64,000 nt of DNA from Squalus acanthias (taxonomy: Eukaryota), in NCBI GenBank assembly GCA_030390025.1, contig CM059430.1, positions 42,966,001 through 43,030,000 on the forward strand. Reading direction: 5' to 3'. Each line of letters starts with the position of its first letter. Positions within the stretch are counted from its first letter, which is position 1. The notes under the pieces were generated by a model. The model saw nothing but the letters and a program-made list of their open reading frames with translations. It was not told the DNA's origin and made no database searches. Below are positions 12,366 through 23,759 of the stretch, piece after piece. Position numbers and translations under genes: made by a program.

Positions 12366-13589
12366 TGTGACAGATAAAAGATCTGACTTGTTTCTTCTCA
12401 TAAAAATATGAATATTATTAATAACTGGCCACTTGGAGCCACTTTAATTTGTTTACTGTTTGGGTAACTGAAATGAATTTCATCTCTTAGTCACCTCTGT
12501 CTAGGTGGACAGCTTAATGTTGTTAGCTGCCTAGTCCACATAGTTATTAGAACACTTAATATTAGTAACCTGGCTGTAAGAAGGAGACAGAGCTTATTAT
12601 TTGGAATTGCCAGCTCATCAGGGGAAAAATCCAACTTTACCCTGTTTAAAAGTTGCTTTTTAAAGGCAATGGCAAACATTATACCAGGAAATCTTGTCAA
12701 GCTGACTATTGTCTTGAATCCTATTTTGATTGACAGCTTATTAAGGTATCCTATTTACATAGACGTTACAATACAAAAACAGGACATTCAGCCCAACCAG
12801 TCCATGTCAGTGTTTACCCTCCACGCAAGCAAATAGTTCTTTTGATCTTCCTATGTCCCAATTTCGACTTCAAAGCCATGAAAGGGTATAAATGGGGGTT
12901 CCATGTCAAGGTTTCTTAAGTGAATATCTGCTTCACCAAGCAGTTGATGAGCTGGAACAAGTGGGAAGCATTCTGTGATGTCCGATTTCATGAATAAACT
13001 TTTCCTCACAAGCGTGGGTTCCAAGTTATGAAAATTACTGGAAGTTTTGAAACATTTTATTATTTTGAAGTAGATTTTGTAAGTAAAATAAATACTGCAA
13101 ATTATCTTTCCTTCTACTAACTTTATTTCTTAGTAAATCTGGTGTGTTTTGATCAGTTGCTCTAAGTTTAGAAACCTGAAACTATATTTACCCTAACTGG
13201 CTTGCATGAATCGTTCAGATTCCAGATTCTGAATTGGACACTTTCAAGCAAATTGTAATAGGTTGGAAACAAGACCATCTTTTTTACTTGCCAGAAAATT
13301 TAAAGGAGCTTATCCTTTTACCTTTTCATGTTTCATAGACTTTCATACAATAAAAGCATTATGGAAATAAACATTGCTCCTTATTGAATGAATTGTGCCT
13401 GTGCCAAATGGTGCTTAACATACAATGCACTGAATGGTGTGAAGTTAACACCTGCCTTGTCTCTTCCAGTACAATTTTTTTTTGATTGAATTTTGAGATG
13501 AGCCATTCTGTTCATTGTATAGTGGTTGCTATGCTCTTCGCACAGCAATGATGGCACTATGCACACGCTAAGACCTGGAAAAAATGAAC

Positions 13590-13995
13590 AATTGCCCCAG
13601 GGCTCCCCAAAATTCTTATTGGATAGATATGCTGTGTGGTGGTACCACGCCATTCAGATCTCAGCTTTGATCCATGGTCTGTGCAGAGTTAGCTGGTCTC
13701 AGATGGAGTGGGAGGAAGGGGTGTTGTCAAAACTGGCCCGCCTCCTTGGCTAGGAAGGGAAAATTTAGCCAGGGTACCTACTCCCACGAGAAAGTGCACA
13801 TGTGGGGGCCATGCGGGATAACAGGATGTAGCTCAGCTGTGATACAATTCACATTCAAATAATCTGATGACGCTCACTGTCTATGCTCCCAGATGAAAAG
13901 TGGCCAGCTGGGTGAGTTACTGGATAGCTACTGGTTCTGATGGAATCACCACCTACAGGAGAGAGGGGGAGAAAATAGGGGGCAGGAGAGAAAAA
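13590..13995 (+). mobile_element. Old SINE family B copy
   Basis: Colinear with 23130-23922 (GGTCTGTGCAGAGTTAGC, GCTCAGCTGTGAT, ACGCTCACTGTC, purine-rich tail). Confidence 0.55.
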
Positions 13996-14849
13996 CTATT
14001 GCATTTGAAGAACCAGTCATTATCGACTCAGAAATTTGGGCACAAGACTGTTCCTGAACTTAACAAAATTGTTCAACAGCTAATGATGGACCTCAGTCCA
14101 CTTGTTTCAGGTGGGCTGTTCTTCATTGGAAATGTCTATTATATTCTATATTTGTAGTGGTTTTCTTTATAGATGGCAAATAATGTTTTCCTGAAGTTAA
14201 TTTTGCTGGTAATGGGCACCTGTGCAGAAATCTATAACATATGTTGAAGCATTTTCATGCTTTCAAAAAAAACACAAAGTAAGTAAAAATCTAAAAATTT
14301 GATTCGTTGCAGTCTACATTAGGCTACATTGAGGCTATAAATCCTTAACTTCAGACTCTACTGAAAGTGTTGGGAAATAGACATGAAATACATTACTGAT
14401 ATCACAGTGCACCCAAGCCATTCAGCCATACTTGCCTCATGTATAATCCTGATCTAGTGTGGAGTGGTGGCTTGTGGCTGTAAAATAAATCTTTCCATTC
14501 TTCTCATAAGTCACTCAGCAATGCACTGTTGTACTCCCATTTATACCCCAACCCGCATCATTCACCACTGACATAATGTGCATCATGAATGAATGCCACA
14601 GAATTACCTTTGTTCCTTATATGGACATCCGTGACCTGCTGAAAAACAGCCGGTTCACCATTGTACATAAAAACATACATTAAAAAAAAACTCCTTCAGC
14701 AACTACACAGTGAATGCACTAAAGACAGGAAACCCAAAATAGCCCAATTGAAATGGTCACAATTGGAATCATAAACATCAACTTTTTAATGTTTTTACTT
14801 TACTTTGGTTCAATGTGACGGATGTCAATGCTAAGGAAATGAACATCTT

Positions 14850-15235
14850 CCACTTCAGATACCCAGTGCCAGTGTCAAGTGCTGGTATAAAGCAGGCCAG
14901 GTAGAGCATGGGTTAGATGCAGAGTAAAGCTTCTTCAATGCTGCCCTTACAACATGACTCAACTCCAAACTCAGATGAGCAACTTTACTTCACAATGTAA
15001 ATTCCAAAGAAATCTCAAGTTCTCCCTGGACAAGATTTCCAATATGTGTTGAATTAAGAATAGTTAGGTGTTGTAGGCCCATGCTGACTAGGAACTGGAT
15101 TGATGCTGCCCAGTTTCATTTCACTTGGGACCTTCATAATCATAAGAGAGTAAAGACTTTCATTGCATTAGTCTGGAATGGATGCAAGTCCAGCTTTCAA
15201 AAGTGAAAGGACAGTGTGCTAACCCAATGTTCCTT
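14850..15235 (-). mobile_element. Old tRNA-headed SINE, LF-SINE-like
   Basis: Minus strand has CCTTTCAC in the head, ATGAAAGTC, and GTGAAATGAAACTGGGCAGCATCAATCCAGTTCCTAGT (15087-15124), resembling my recollection of the LF-SINE consensus. Confidence 0.55.
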
Positions 15236-15528
15236 CCACTCCCACAGCTCCACTGTTTGATGCTACTAAGTGTCACATGATCAATTTCCATGTTAAGTCT
15301 ATCTTCAGTTTCATTCATATGTTTTCACTTTTTCTCAAAAACAAAATGAATCATTTCTGATTATTTCAATGTACTATTTTACAATTAGAATATTCACCAG
15401 CTACACTATTAATCAAGAGGAAGAATCCAACATCATAATGTATATGGGAGTCTATTGCTCTGTGATTTGGTCAGGTTTGCCAGTGCACATGTTGTTCTTG
15501 GTACACATGCACTTATTAGTTCCCTAAT

Positions 15529-16272
15529 GGCCCAGAAATTAAAGACTGAGTGTTGACGCGGGGGTAAGGCTTCCCCGCGATATCTCACTCCGCGCCTACC
15601 TTTTTCCTCTGGGCCCACACGAACTTTAGTTTCAAGGCTGCAGCTGTGCAGTGCTTGTGTGACCCAGAGACGCAGTTAGTTCGTGCGAGCTCTGGGATCA
15701 CGTGATTCAGTTAGAGCCAATGGCAGCACACCATCTTTCATTCATAGTTTTGACAGGAAGACCTGTCAAAGCTATGAATAATATACCCCCCCAAAAGAAC
15801 AGCTAAACCTCAATTAAATTAAAAAAAAAGCCATCACATTAATAAAATAAGTATAGTTAAATAAATTAACCACTTTAAACAAAAAATTAAATTTTTGAAA
15901 AAATTTAAAATCTTTTTAAAAGTTATAAAAATAAACTTACCTTTCTTTAAAGTCTCTAAAAAAGATAAACCTGTTGAAAAAAATTTAAAATAATACTTAA
16001 TTAACTACTTACCTTGTTAAAAGAGGGTCTTACGCCTCCTTTCTTTATGTGTAAAATCTTCTATGCTTACCTGCGCGTTCAAAGCACTAAGTGCACTGCG
16101 TGCGCGCAGCCTGTAGCGCGCACGCGGTTCACCTAGGAACCGCCCCCTTTTGAATTCACGAAGTGCCGGTTTCCCGCGCATGCGCAGTGCATGCTGGAAA
16201 CCGGCAATTGGAGACCTAAAACGCGAGAGTACACAGTGCGTACTCTCGCGTATTAGGTCTAATTTTCGGGCC
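15529..16272. mobile_element. Non-autonomous TIR element (Harbinger-type MITE), TSD AAT
   Basis: TIR GGCCCAGAAATTA / TAATTTTCGGGCC; AAT at 15526-15528 and 16273-16275; CpG-rich arms, AT-rich centre. Confidence 0.8.
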
Positions 16273-18439
16273 AATATGTGGTAGCTATTTATTCTTCTGG
16301 AATTGTCATAAAAGCTCTGTTCTTTCAAATCCATTAATCAGCACAAACAGAGCGATACGGGCTTCAGCCTGGACTAACAATGGGGGGAGAATATATGTGC
16401 TGACACCTCTTGCAATGGAAAGCAAAGCGGCTGATCATGCATTGCACTGTGCAGAACTCTTAAACTTACTTGATGTTAATGCCCAATAGGAGAGTGGGTT
16501 GTAAATAAGTATGTATGAAAAATCATAGCTTTGTCATATGTACTCTTTTTTTAATTAAAAGCGCTTGCTGTTTTAATGCGCATTGATAAGGTATTTAACA
16601 TTATTAAGTGAATTGGTCCCTCACTCTGGATTCTGTTCTCTGACCCTGAATGTTTAGAGTTTGTGGTTTTAGTCAAACACCACATAGCCGAAGAATTCTT
16701 GTGAGACCATCAAGTTCATTGTAGATTCTGCAGGTGGTTTGCACCCCATTGATTGGCGAGTGGTTGATTTGAACATCAGGCTGTTGTTTCCAGCAGAATG
16801 GATTCATACTATGGTATATGTTGTATTTTAAGTGTTAGAACTTCATGACACATTGGGCAAGCGAAACTCTCTGACATTTAAATAAGCCTAATCAATAGAT
16901 TTTCTTGCATTATTATTCTCTGTGGAAGAAAAATTAGTACACAGATCCCACAGATCTGCTGGCTAATGAAGTATTAGTATGTACCAGACAGGGATTGAAG
17001 ATACCACCTTTGTTGCTGAGATGACAGAGCAGGAACAAATAATGCAGAGATTCACAGTCTCCAGAAATCTATTAGCATTTGTTATGTATGCCAATCTATA
17101 TGAAGTACAATGTTCATGCTGTTAAAACAGGATTTTTTTAGCAGCAACAATTAAAGAATTGTGTTGAAGAAAAAGCAAGAGCTAATCTCGTTTTTCCCCC
17201 CTTGGCTTTATTTTTAAAAGCAATTTTTTCCTCCATCCTTTTAGTCCACTAACTTCCTACACCATTGCCAACTGAAAAAGCAGATAGGGGATCTCTCCCA
17301 AGCCTTTGCGAATGTTACTCCAGCTAGCTACTTGGGAATTATACTAGAATGGCCCAGGCTGCTGGTCCTCTCCCTCCTTGTGGGGAACCATTGACTTTTA
17401 TTGATATCAGTTGGGTCATTGTGGCACCAGCTCCCAAAATGACTGATTCACTAAGGTCAGTGTACAGGAAGATCTCTCTGGACACTGGCCTCAGTCAATC
17501 TAGCAGGTTTGGTAGAGGAGAGTGAGGCCCAGTAGAGCTAGATGTGTCCCAGCCAGAGTGACCCAACATAACCAATACCACAACCTCCAGATTAAACACT
17601 ACCTCCAGAACCCAGCAATACTTTAACAGATTCTAGTGTAGCCAAGCTGCCTGGAACTCTTCCTCCACTCCTCAACAGCTCCCTACAGACACAACTCTAA
17701 CCTGGGCACTTTATTTATTTCCATGACAAAAGACAGTACAGAAATCTGAAAGGGGGCTGGAAATGAAACCTAGATCTTAAGTGAGCAGATGGGGGATGGT
17801 GAGAAGTATGAAGGCAGATGATCAACACTACAAAATGTGCAACAGCCAACTCAAGATCATATACTGCACATACCACAATCAACACAGACTTTAGAAATTT
17901 CAGTCATACATACAAGAAGATTGCTGGGGTGACTAGAGGCATTAGGACATCTTCTTACATATATTCTAGTCATGACTCCACATTTAGCTATTCCAGATAG
18001 CAGTCCAGGAGACGACAAGGACCTGAACAGGCTTGCAATTCCAGAGGACCCAACCCCACCTGTGAGACATATTGCAATCCAAAGGAGTAATGTTCGGCAT
18101 CCACCTGTAACTGGAGAAATATCAAGCATCCAGAGCCCACTCCTAGGTACTCACTTTGATGCAACCCCATCCCCCAAATGCCAAATAACCTCCTAGGAGG
18201 TGGAAGCAGATTAACAGCAATGATGCACCCATATCCAGGCAAGGACAAAGGCCTCAACTAACAGGACCACTAATAAGCATGACTCCCCCATCCATTCCCC
18301 AACCCAACTGAACCCCCAAGACTAAGAACAAAAAAATTGCTTCAACCCTTGAACCAACAATGCTCCAACCCTTGAACCAACATTGCTCCCAGCACAAGCA
18401 CAATGAATTGTAATCTATCATCCAGCAATCACCGTGCAA

Positions 18440-19063
18440 CGGGGGCAGATTTTGCTGATCTGCTGACTGTCCTGTTCATGCTGAAACATAGGACGGTAGG
18501 CAGACAAAGCTACCGCCCAATGGTTGTCAGAGGCCCTCCCACTCGATTTTTAAGCATGGCTTGATACAGACGGGAGGCCTTATTAAAATATTTAAATCAG
18601 GCATCCTACGCCAATTGTAGGACCCCAATGCAATTTTCAGGTACCAATGAGCAGAGGGTGGGCGGCACATGTTCCCTCCAGTGGTACTGGATGTGGATGG
18701 CCTAACCAGTGGTCCTTAAAGGGAGTGCTAAAGGCAGCTTCCAAATGCCCAAAAACAAACCTGTGGCACTGATTTTTGCGGGACCAGGAGGAGCATTCCT
18801 GGCCCCATGTAGATGTTCCCAATTGCTTTCAGCTGCTCAGTGCAAACTGCCCCCCTCCCCCCACCTAAAATGGTTACCTCGAGCTTGGTTCTGCAGACGA
18901 GCTGCCGGATTTCCCGCCCCGATTGTCAAGCTGCTCCCTAACCCACTCAAACAAGGTCCACCTGTGAAAATGGTTCGAGCCTCTCGTTTGTGCCGTCGGG
19001 CGGACGATGCGATCGCTTTGCCCACTGCCCGCCTGATGTGTGATCTTTATCACAATCATCCCC
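18440..19063. mobile_element. Older MITE-like element of the same class
   Basis: Starts GGGGGCAGATTTT; internal GGACCAGGAGGAGCATTCCT resembles the internal motif at ~40795; boundaries uncertain. Confidence 0.45.
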
Positions 19064-19899
19064 GGGATGTCTGTGAATATGCACAGCTTTTTAGTGAGTC
19101 CAAAGGAAACCTTTGGTCTGCTATATGTGCTCCCTCTTTTTATGAAATGTGCTGGTGGTATTTCAACGAGATCCGAAGTAAACACTCTTTTCCTCTTAAA
19201 ATACTGCAATCTGGTCCATTATATAGAATTCTTAAGTAATGAAAAACACCCTTCAGTGCAGTAAACCATGTGTAGGCATGTAAGAATCACAAATGAATAT
19301 GTTATAAGAAAATACATGGACATTTACTATCAGAAAACCAAGTTTATTACTGTATATATCCATATTTTTAAATACGGTCATTCTATAGCAGCCTGTGATG
19401 TTTCCCAATAAATATGGATGTTGGCTCCTTTTTGTTGCTTTATTCTTCCATGGCGACACTGTGTCAGGGACCAAGCAATGTCTTTAAAAGAATATGTTGA
19501 TGTGTTGCTATGACAGCTGAGCAAACCATTTTGTGAAAGTATAATCTTAATCTGCAGGCATCTTAAGAGTTATCCACTAGCTGTTAACAGCAAGTGCTTT
19601 TACCTACAAATCAAGCTGTTATTTATCAGGCAATACATAACCTTGTCTACACACAATTGCTGATGTGCGTTATCTCTGCTGTACTGTTGGATTGCTCATT
19701 TTTCATGTTAGTCATGAAAAATACTGCAAGCATTTACCAACGTTAATAGGCTGCTTTATAGTGTATTGTATGATAATAGTACTTCAAACACCCCATATCA
19801 AAGTGATTGTTTTGTGTTGCCTCATGGAATACGTCGCCTTTAGAAAATCATTATCCTACAATGTTTAGGTTAAAAAAGGCACTTTAAGCTATATATCTG

Positions 19900-20460
19900 T
19901 GGGTCATGTGGTGTCCTGGGCACATTGCGTCAGCACCATTCTCTTCCACTCTACCCTGTTTTTGGTTTGCTGCTGCACATTTTTCCAGGTGATGTCGGAT
20001 TTTTTTAAATTCCTTCTCGGGATGTGGGCAGCGCTGGCACTTATTGCCCATCCCTAATTGCCCTTGAGAAGGTGGTGGTGAGCCTTCTTCTTGAACCGCT
20101 GCAGTCCGTGTGGTGAAGCTATTCCCACAGTGCTGTTAGGGAGGGACTTCCAGGATTTTGACCCAGCAACGATGAAGGAACAGCGATTAAGCATCTATGC
20201 ATAAGTCTGAATGTTGCGTGACTTGGAGGGGAACCTGGAGGTGGTGGTGTTCCCTTGCATCTGCTGCCCTTGTCTTCCTAGGTGGTGGATGTCGCGGGTT
20301 TGGGAGGGCTTCTCAGAGATCCTTCTCCATAGTGCTTTGCCAAGTTATTCTCTGCCTTCCGCTCTTCTCATTTTCATTCGACAGTTGTTTCAGTGCTTGG
20401 CACGGTTCTCTGGAGTCTTGCACTCTGCGCACATGGCCCAACCAACTGAAGCATGCTGGC
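19900..20460 (-). mobile_element. RTE-clade LINE 3' fragment, interrupted by another LINE tail
   Basis: Minus translation WLGHVRRVQDSR..SGRQRITW..EKDL / WKNVQQQTKNRVEWKRMV, typical of the RTE C-terminus. Confidence 0.65.
20000..20308 (-). mobile_element. CR1/L2-group LINE 3' end nested in the RTE fragment
   Basis: Recognisable abundant LINE tail (TTATTGCCCATCCCTAATTGCCCTTGAGAAGGTGGTGGTGAGCC; WKSLPNSTVG motif on minus strand). Confidence 0.7.
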
Positions 20461-20754
20461 AGCTGCTTTGTTCTTTCTCTATCTCTGACTCCAAACTATT
20501 AAAACATCTGACAATTTCAACACTTTGCTAATGAGCAGACTTCTCTTCCAAGAGTTGTAAATCAGCTCGTAACATTGTACTTTTCACTTATTAGGATACC
20601 AGTGTCATATGGTAAATATCTCCATAAATAAACCAGACTGGAAAACTCACGAGCCCCTTGCTAGTGGATATTAATCATATCACATGGCTAAGAATGCCAT
20701 ATATATACCATTTAAAGTTTCCCACTCAACTGGGGTAAAAAGAACGGTTTCTGT

Positions 20755-21085
20755 GATAGTTCAGTGAATAAATAAATGCTTCATGTCAGCCATGCACACC
20801 AGAAAGGATCCAGATTTGATCCATGTTCTCTCCAGGGCCGCAGTAAGTTGTCTTAGTTAAACTGGGATACAGAGGGCTAAAATAAACCAAGTAATATGCC
20901 CTGATGCTATCCACTGACCCCTACTGCAAATTGTGAGGGTACTTGTGCAAACAGGGTGAGGCTTGTTTCTGTTGCCTCGTACAGTTGAATAGTTTGCACG
21001 TGATGAACGCTCACTTTGATAAGGTTGCTGAGGGTTGTTGGCCCATGAGGCAGCATCTTCTGGAGCAAGTCAGGGGGAAAAATTA
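20755..21085 (+). mobile_element. Old SINE family B copy
   Basis: Shares CTATCCACTGACC, ACGCTCACT and GGGGGAAAAATT tail with the 23130 and 13590 copies. Confidence 0.45.
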
Positions 21086-22694
21086 GACATTTTCCACCCC
21101 AAAAAAATGACTCTGTTATGATGTGATTTTTATTCCATTGGTAATTCCCCTCACCGGTGATTAAATGTTATTCCGATTTCTGGACAATGTAAATATATCC
21201 TTAGGGTTCTCTGCACACCTCTAATATAAATAACAAATAAATTCCCTAGTTATAAAAATCAAAGCATCTCTGATTTGGCAAAAATGGAGTTTGCAGACAA
21301 TACACTAAAACCGAAGAGCTGCAGTGTATATTAAATTACTACTTTTATTAAACATTTTATGACACCATTAATTTAAATCTTTAAAATATTAATTTACCCA
21401 GATTTATGATATTACTTTGAAATTGGTGAGCATTGAATGCAGCAAATTTTAACAACAGGGCTGTCAATTTTTTAAATTATAATAATCCCATCTCCATTAA
21501 ATGGATATTTTATGTATCTCAAAGTGTATGCGATTATATTACCAAGAGAAATTATATTAAGCAACGTAAGTTTAATTTTTTTTCTGAAACAAAAATTCCA
21601 TAGCTAATCTATGTTGTAGCAGATCACCTCCAGCCTATTTCGCACAGCATGAATGCATTATGAAAAATGATCTCTGTGGCATCATCTCTGCTTTACTAGA
21701 GCATAACAAAGCCGAGATACAATAAAGACTATCAGGTGTACTTTATTAGTATTCAAAATTCAGTTTATTAAACTTACCCCAAAAGCCCAAGAGAAAACTG
21801 CTTATACATCCCATAACACCGCCAACGTATTTATATTTGTTTATAATATAGATAAAAATATATTTTTAATTTAACCAATAAGTCTTTAGAATTTAGGGTA
21901 ATAAAATATATTTTTTTTTACATGGGGAGATTTAAAATTCATTGGACAGATGTGTTCATGGTTGTCAGAAATGTTCTCCTGTGGATTACACCATGACATA
22001 ATCACTTTCATCAGACATATGTGTTTGAGAATGGCTGCCCAAGACACAGAATCTGTCTCAAATCTAAATATTTTTCAGGTCACTAAATTCGGTGTAATCT
22101 CTTTGGAAATGTTAGAATTCTAATGACACATTAAATAGTTTTGTACTGGTAATTAATTTTAATTTCATGAAAAAAAATTCTTCATATTTATGGACCTTTA
22201 GTATGTTATATGTATTATGACAATGAGGGGATTAAAGGAAGATTTCAATCTTTCTTATTTTTCTAGCCCATAGCGAAAGCTCGCAGACGTGCTGGATGCA
22301 TGTCCCTGTCTGGCTCTTGCAGAGCTGAATTCTCCTGGCATGTTTCATCAATATAGAAATGGTAACTTTCAGAAGCACAATATGTTGCATAGACGCTTCA
22401 GTTCATACTTGTTTACATGTAAAGAAGCTAAAAGATTTGTTTCACCAGAAAACCTCAGTATTTTAAAGTGTTCTTAATTTGCACAATCGACAAACGTGCC
22501 CATAAAACTGTTAATTCATGAAGTCACTCACAGGAATCAAGTTAATCCAGTTTTTTATTTTTGTGATAAATAAACAATTAAAGTCAACCTTTATTTTAAA
22601 TTGCAAGGTTTGATTGTTTAAGTCATTTTTGGTGAGCAGATGTGCCCATTAATTTTTTCCCCAACGATTACATTTTGTGGCTCTATGGGCACTG

Positions 22695-23038
22695 AAAATT
22701 CCTCCACTACCTCACCCTACTGACAAACTTTGTACAAGTGTCAACATTGAGTGTCAGCAGGCTATTCAGCTGTGAAGAGACATCACAGCCAAGGCTAATC
22801 CTCCTCTCACCTGCCATACACAAACGTGCACATTCCAGCAGGAATCAGTTGTTAGCAATCAGGAGTGGGATCTCTGCCTCAGAGACACACAAGAGGATAC
22901 ATGTAGTGCCCCATCAGCAAGCCGGCTGTGGTCAGGTAACTTAGGAAAAGTCAAGGATTTAACTTAGGAACTCCCTGCTTCATATGGTTTAGCCTCATGC
23001 CGTATGGCGCATTTACCAAAAAGCCATCACAGGAAACC
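22695..23038 (-). mobile_element. Old SINE family B copy
   Basis: Reverse-complement match to family B body (GAGTGTCAGCAGGCTATT, CATCACAGCC). Confidence 0.5.
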
Positions 23039-23290
23039 CTTTGCATTTTTAAGCTCATTATCCCCACCACCCCTGATTGTTCCAATTACAGAAGTACAAC
23101 ATTAACTTTGGCTCAACTGTAATTCCCTTGGGGCTCCCCACTGTGGCTCAGTGAGTTTATCCAGTGATTAGCTGAGCAGTGCAGATAAGGAAAGTTCCCA
23201 GCTTCAATTCCCAGTCTGTGCTGATTTAGCAGTTTCAGCAGGGGCGGCTGTAGAGGCACCGTAAATGGCACCAGTGCCCTGTGTTAAAGA

Positions 23291-23519
23291 TGCGGAGATG
23301 CCGGTGTTGGACTGAGGTGGACAAAAATGAGAAGTCGCACAACACCAGGTTATAGTCCAACAGTTTTATTTGAAATCACGAGCTTTCGGAGCGCTGCTCC
23401 TTCGTCAGGTAAAGTGAAGGAATACAAATCAGCAAAGCATATGCTAAAACTTAGCATAAAGCAAAGCATATCAAATAAAACTGTTGGACTATAACCTGGT
23501 GTTGTGCGACTTCTCATTT
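23291..23519 (-). mobile_element. 229-bp Penelope pLTR-only insertion with inverted arm; TSD CTGTGTTAAAGA
   Basis: Reverse-complement match to ~10215-10368; 12-bp direct repeat at 23279-23290 and 23520-23531; 23471-23519 is a perfect inverted copy of 23325-23373. Confidence 0.9.
23376..23412 (-). ncRNA. Minimal type I hammerhead ribozyme with intact core
   Basis: Minus strand UUAC-CUGACGA-A-GGAGC-AGC-GCUCC-GAAA-GC-UC/GUGA: complete core, 5-bp stem II, palindromic AGCU stem III, CUC cleavage triplet. Confidence 0.85.
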
Positions 23520-23587
23520 CTGTGTTAAAGAAGGGAAGACTGGCCACGGTTCTGATCTCTATCCATTGACCTTTCCTGGAAGTGCAT

Positions 23588-23759
23588 GGGGGTAATTTTC
23601 ACTTTGGGCGCAAGCGGAAAACTGGCAGTTGGGGGGGATCAGCCTCCCGTTATGCACCCCGCCCGATTTTCCTTTCCATTGAAGTCAATTAAGGGATTAA
23701 TGGGTGGTCGATCCGCAACCACCAGTTTTCCACCCATGCCCACAGTGAAAATCGGCCCC
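23588..23759. mobile_element. Short palindromic MITE
   Basis: GGGGGTAATTTTCACT / AGTGAAAATCGGCCCC termini plus subterminal GGAAAACTGG / CCAGTTTTCC. Confidence 0.7.

Noticed and set aside
17560-18430. A/C-skewed stretch with short ORFs, possible decayed transposon gene
   Set aside because: No diagnostic motif or termini identified.
22270-22290. CGAAAGCTCG resembling the 3' half of the hammerhead
   Set aside because: No upstream CTGANGA or stem II.
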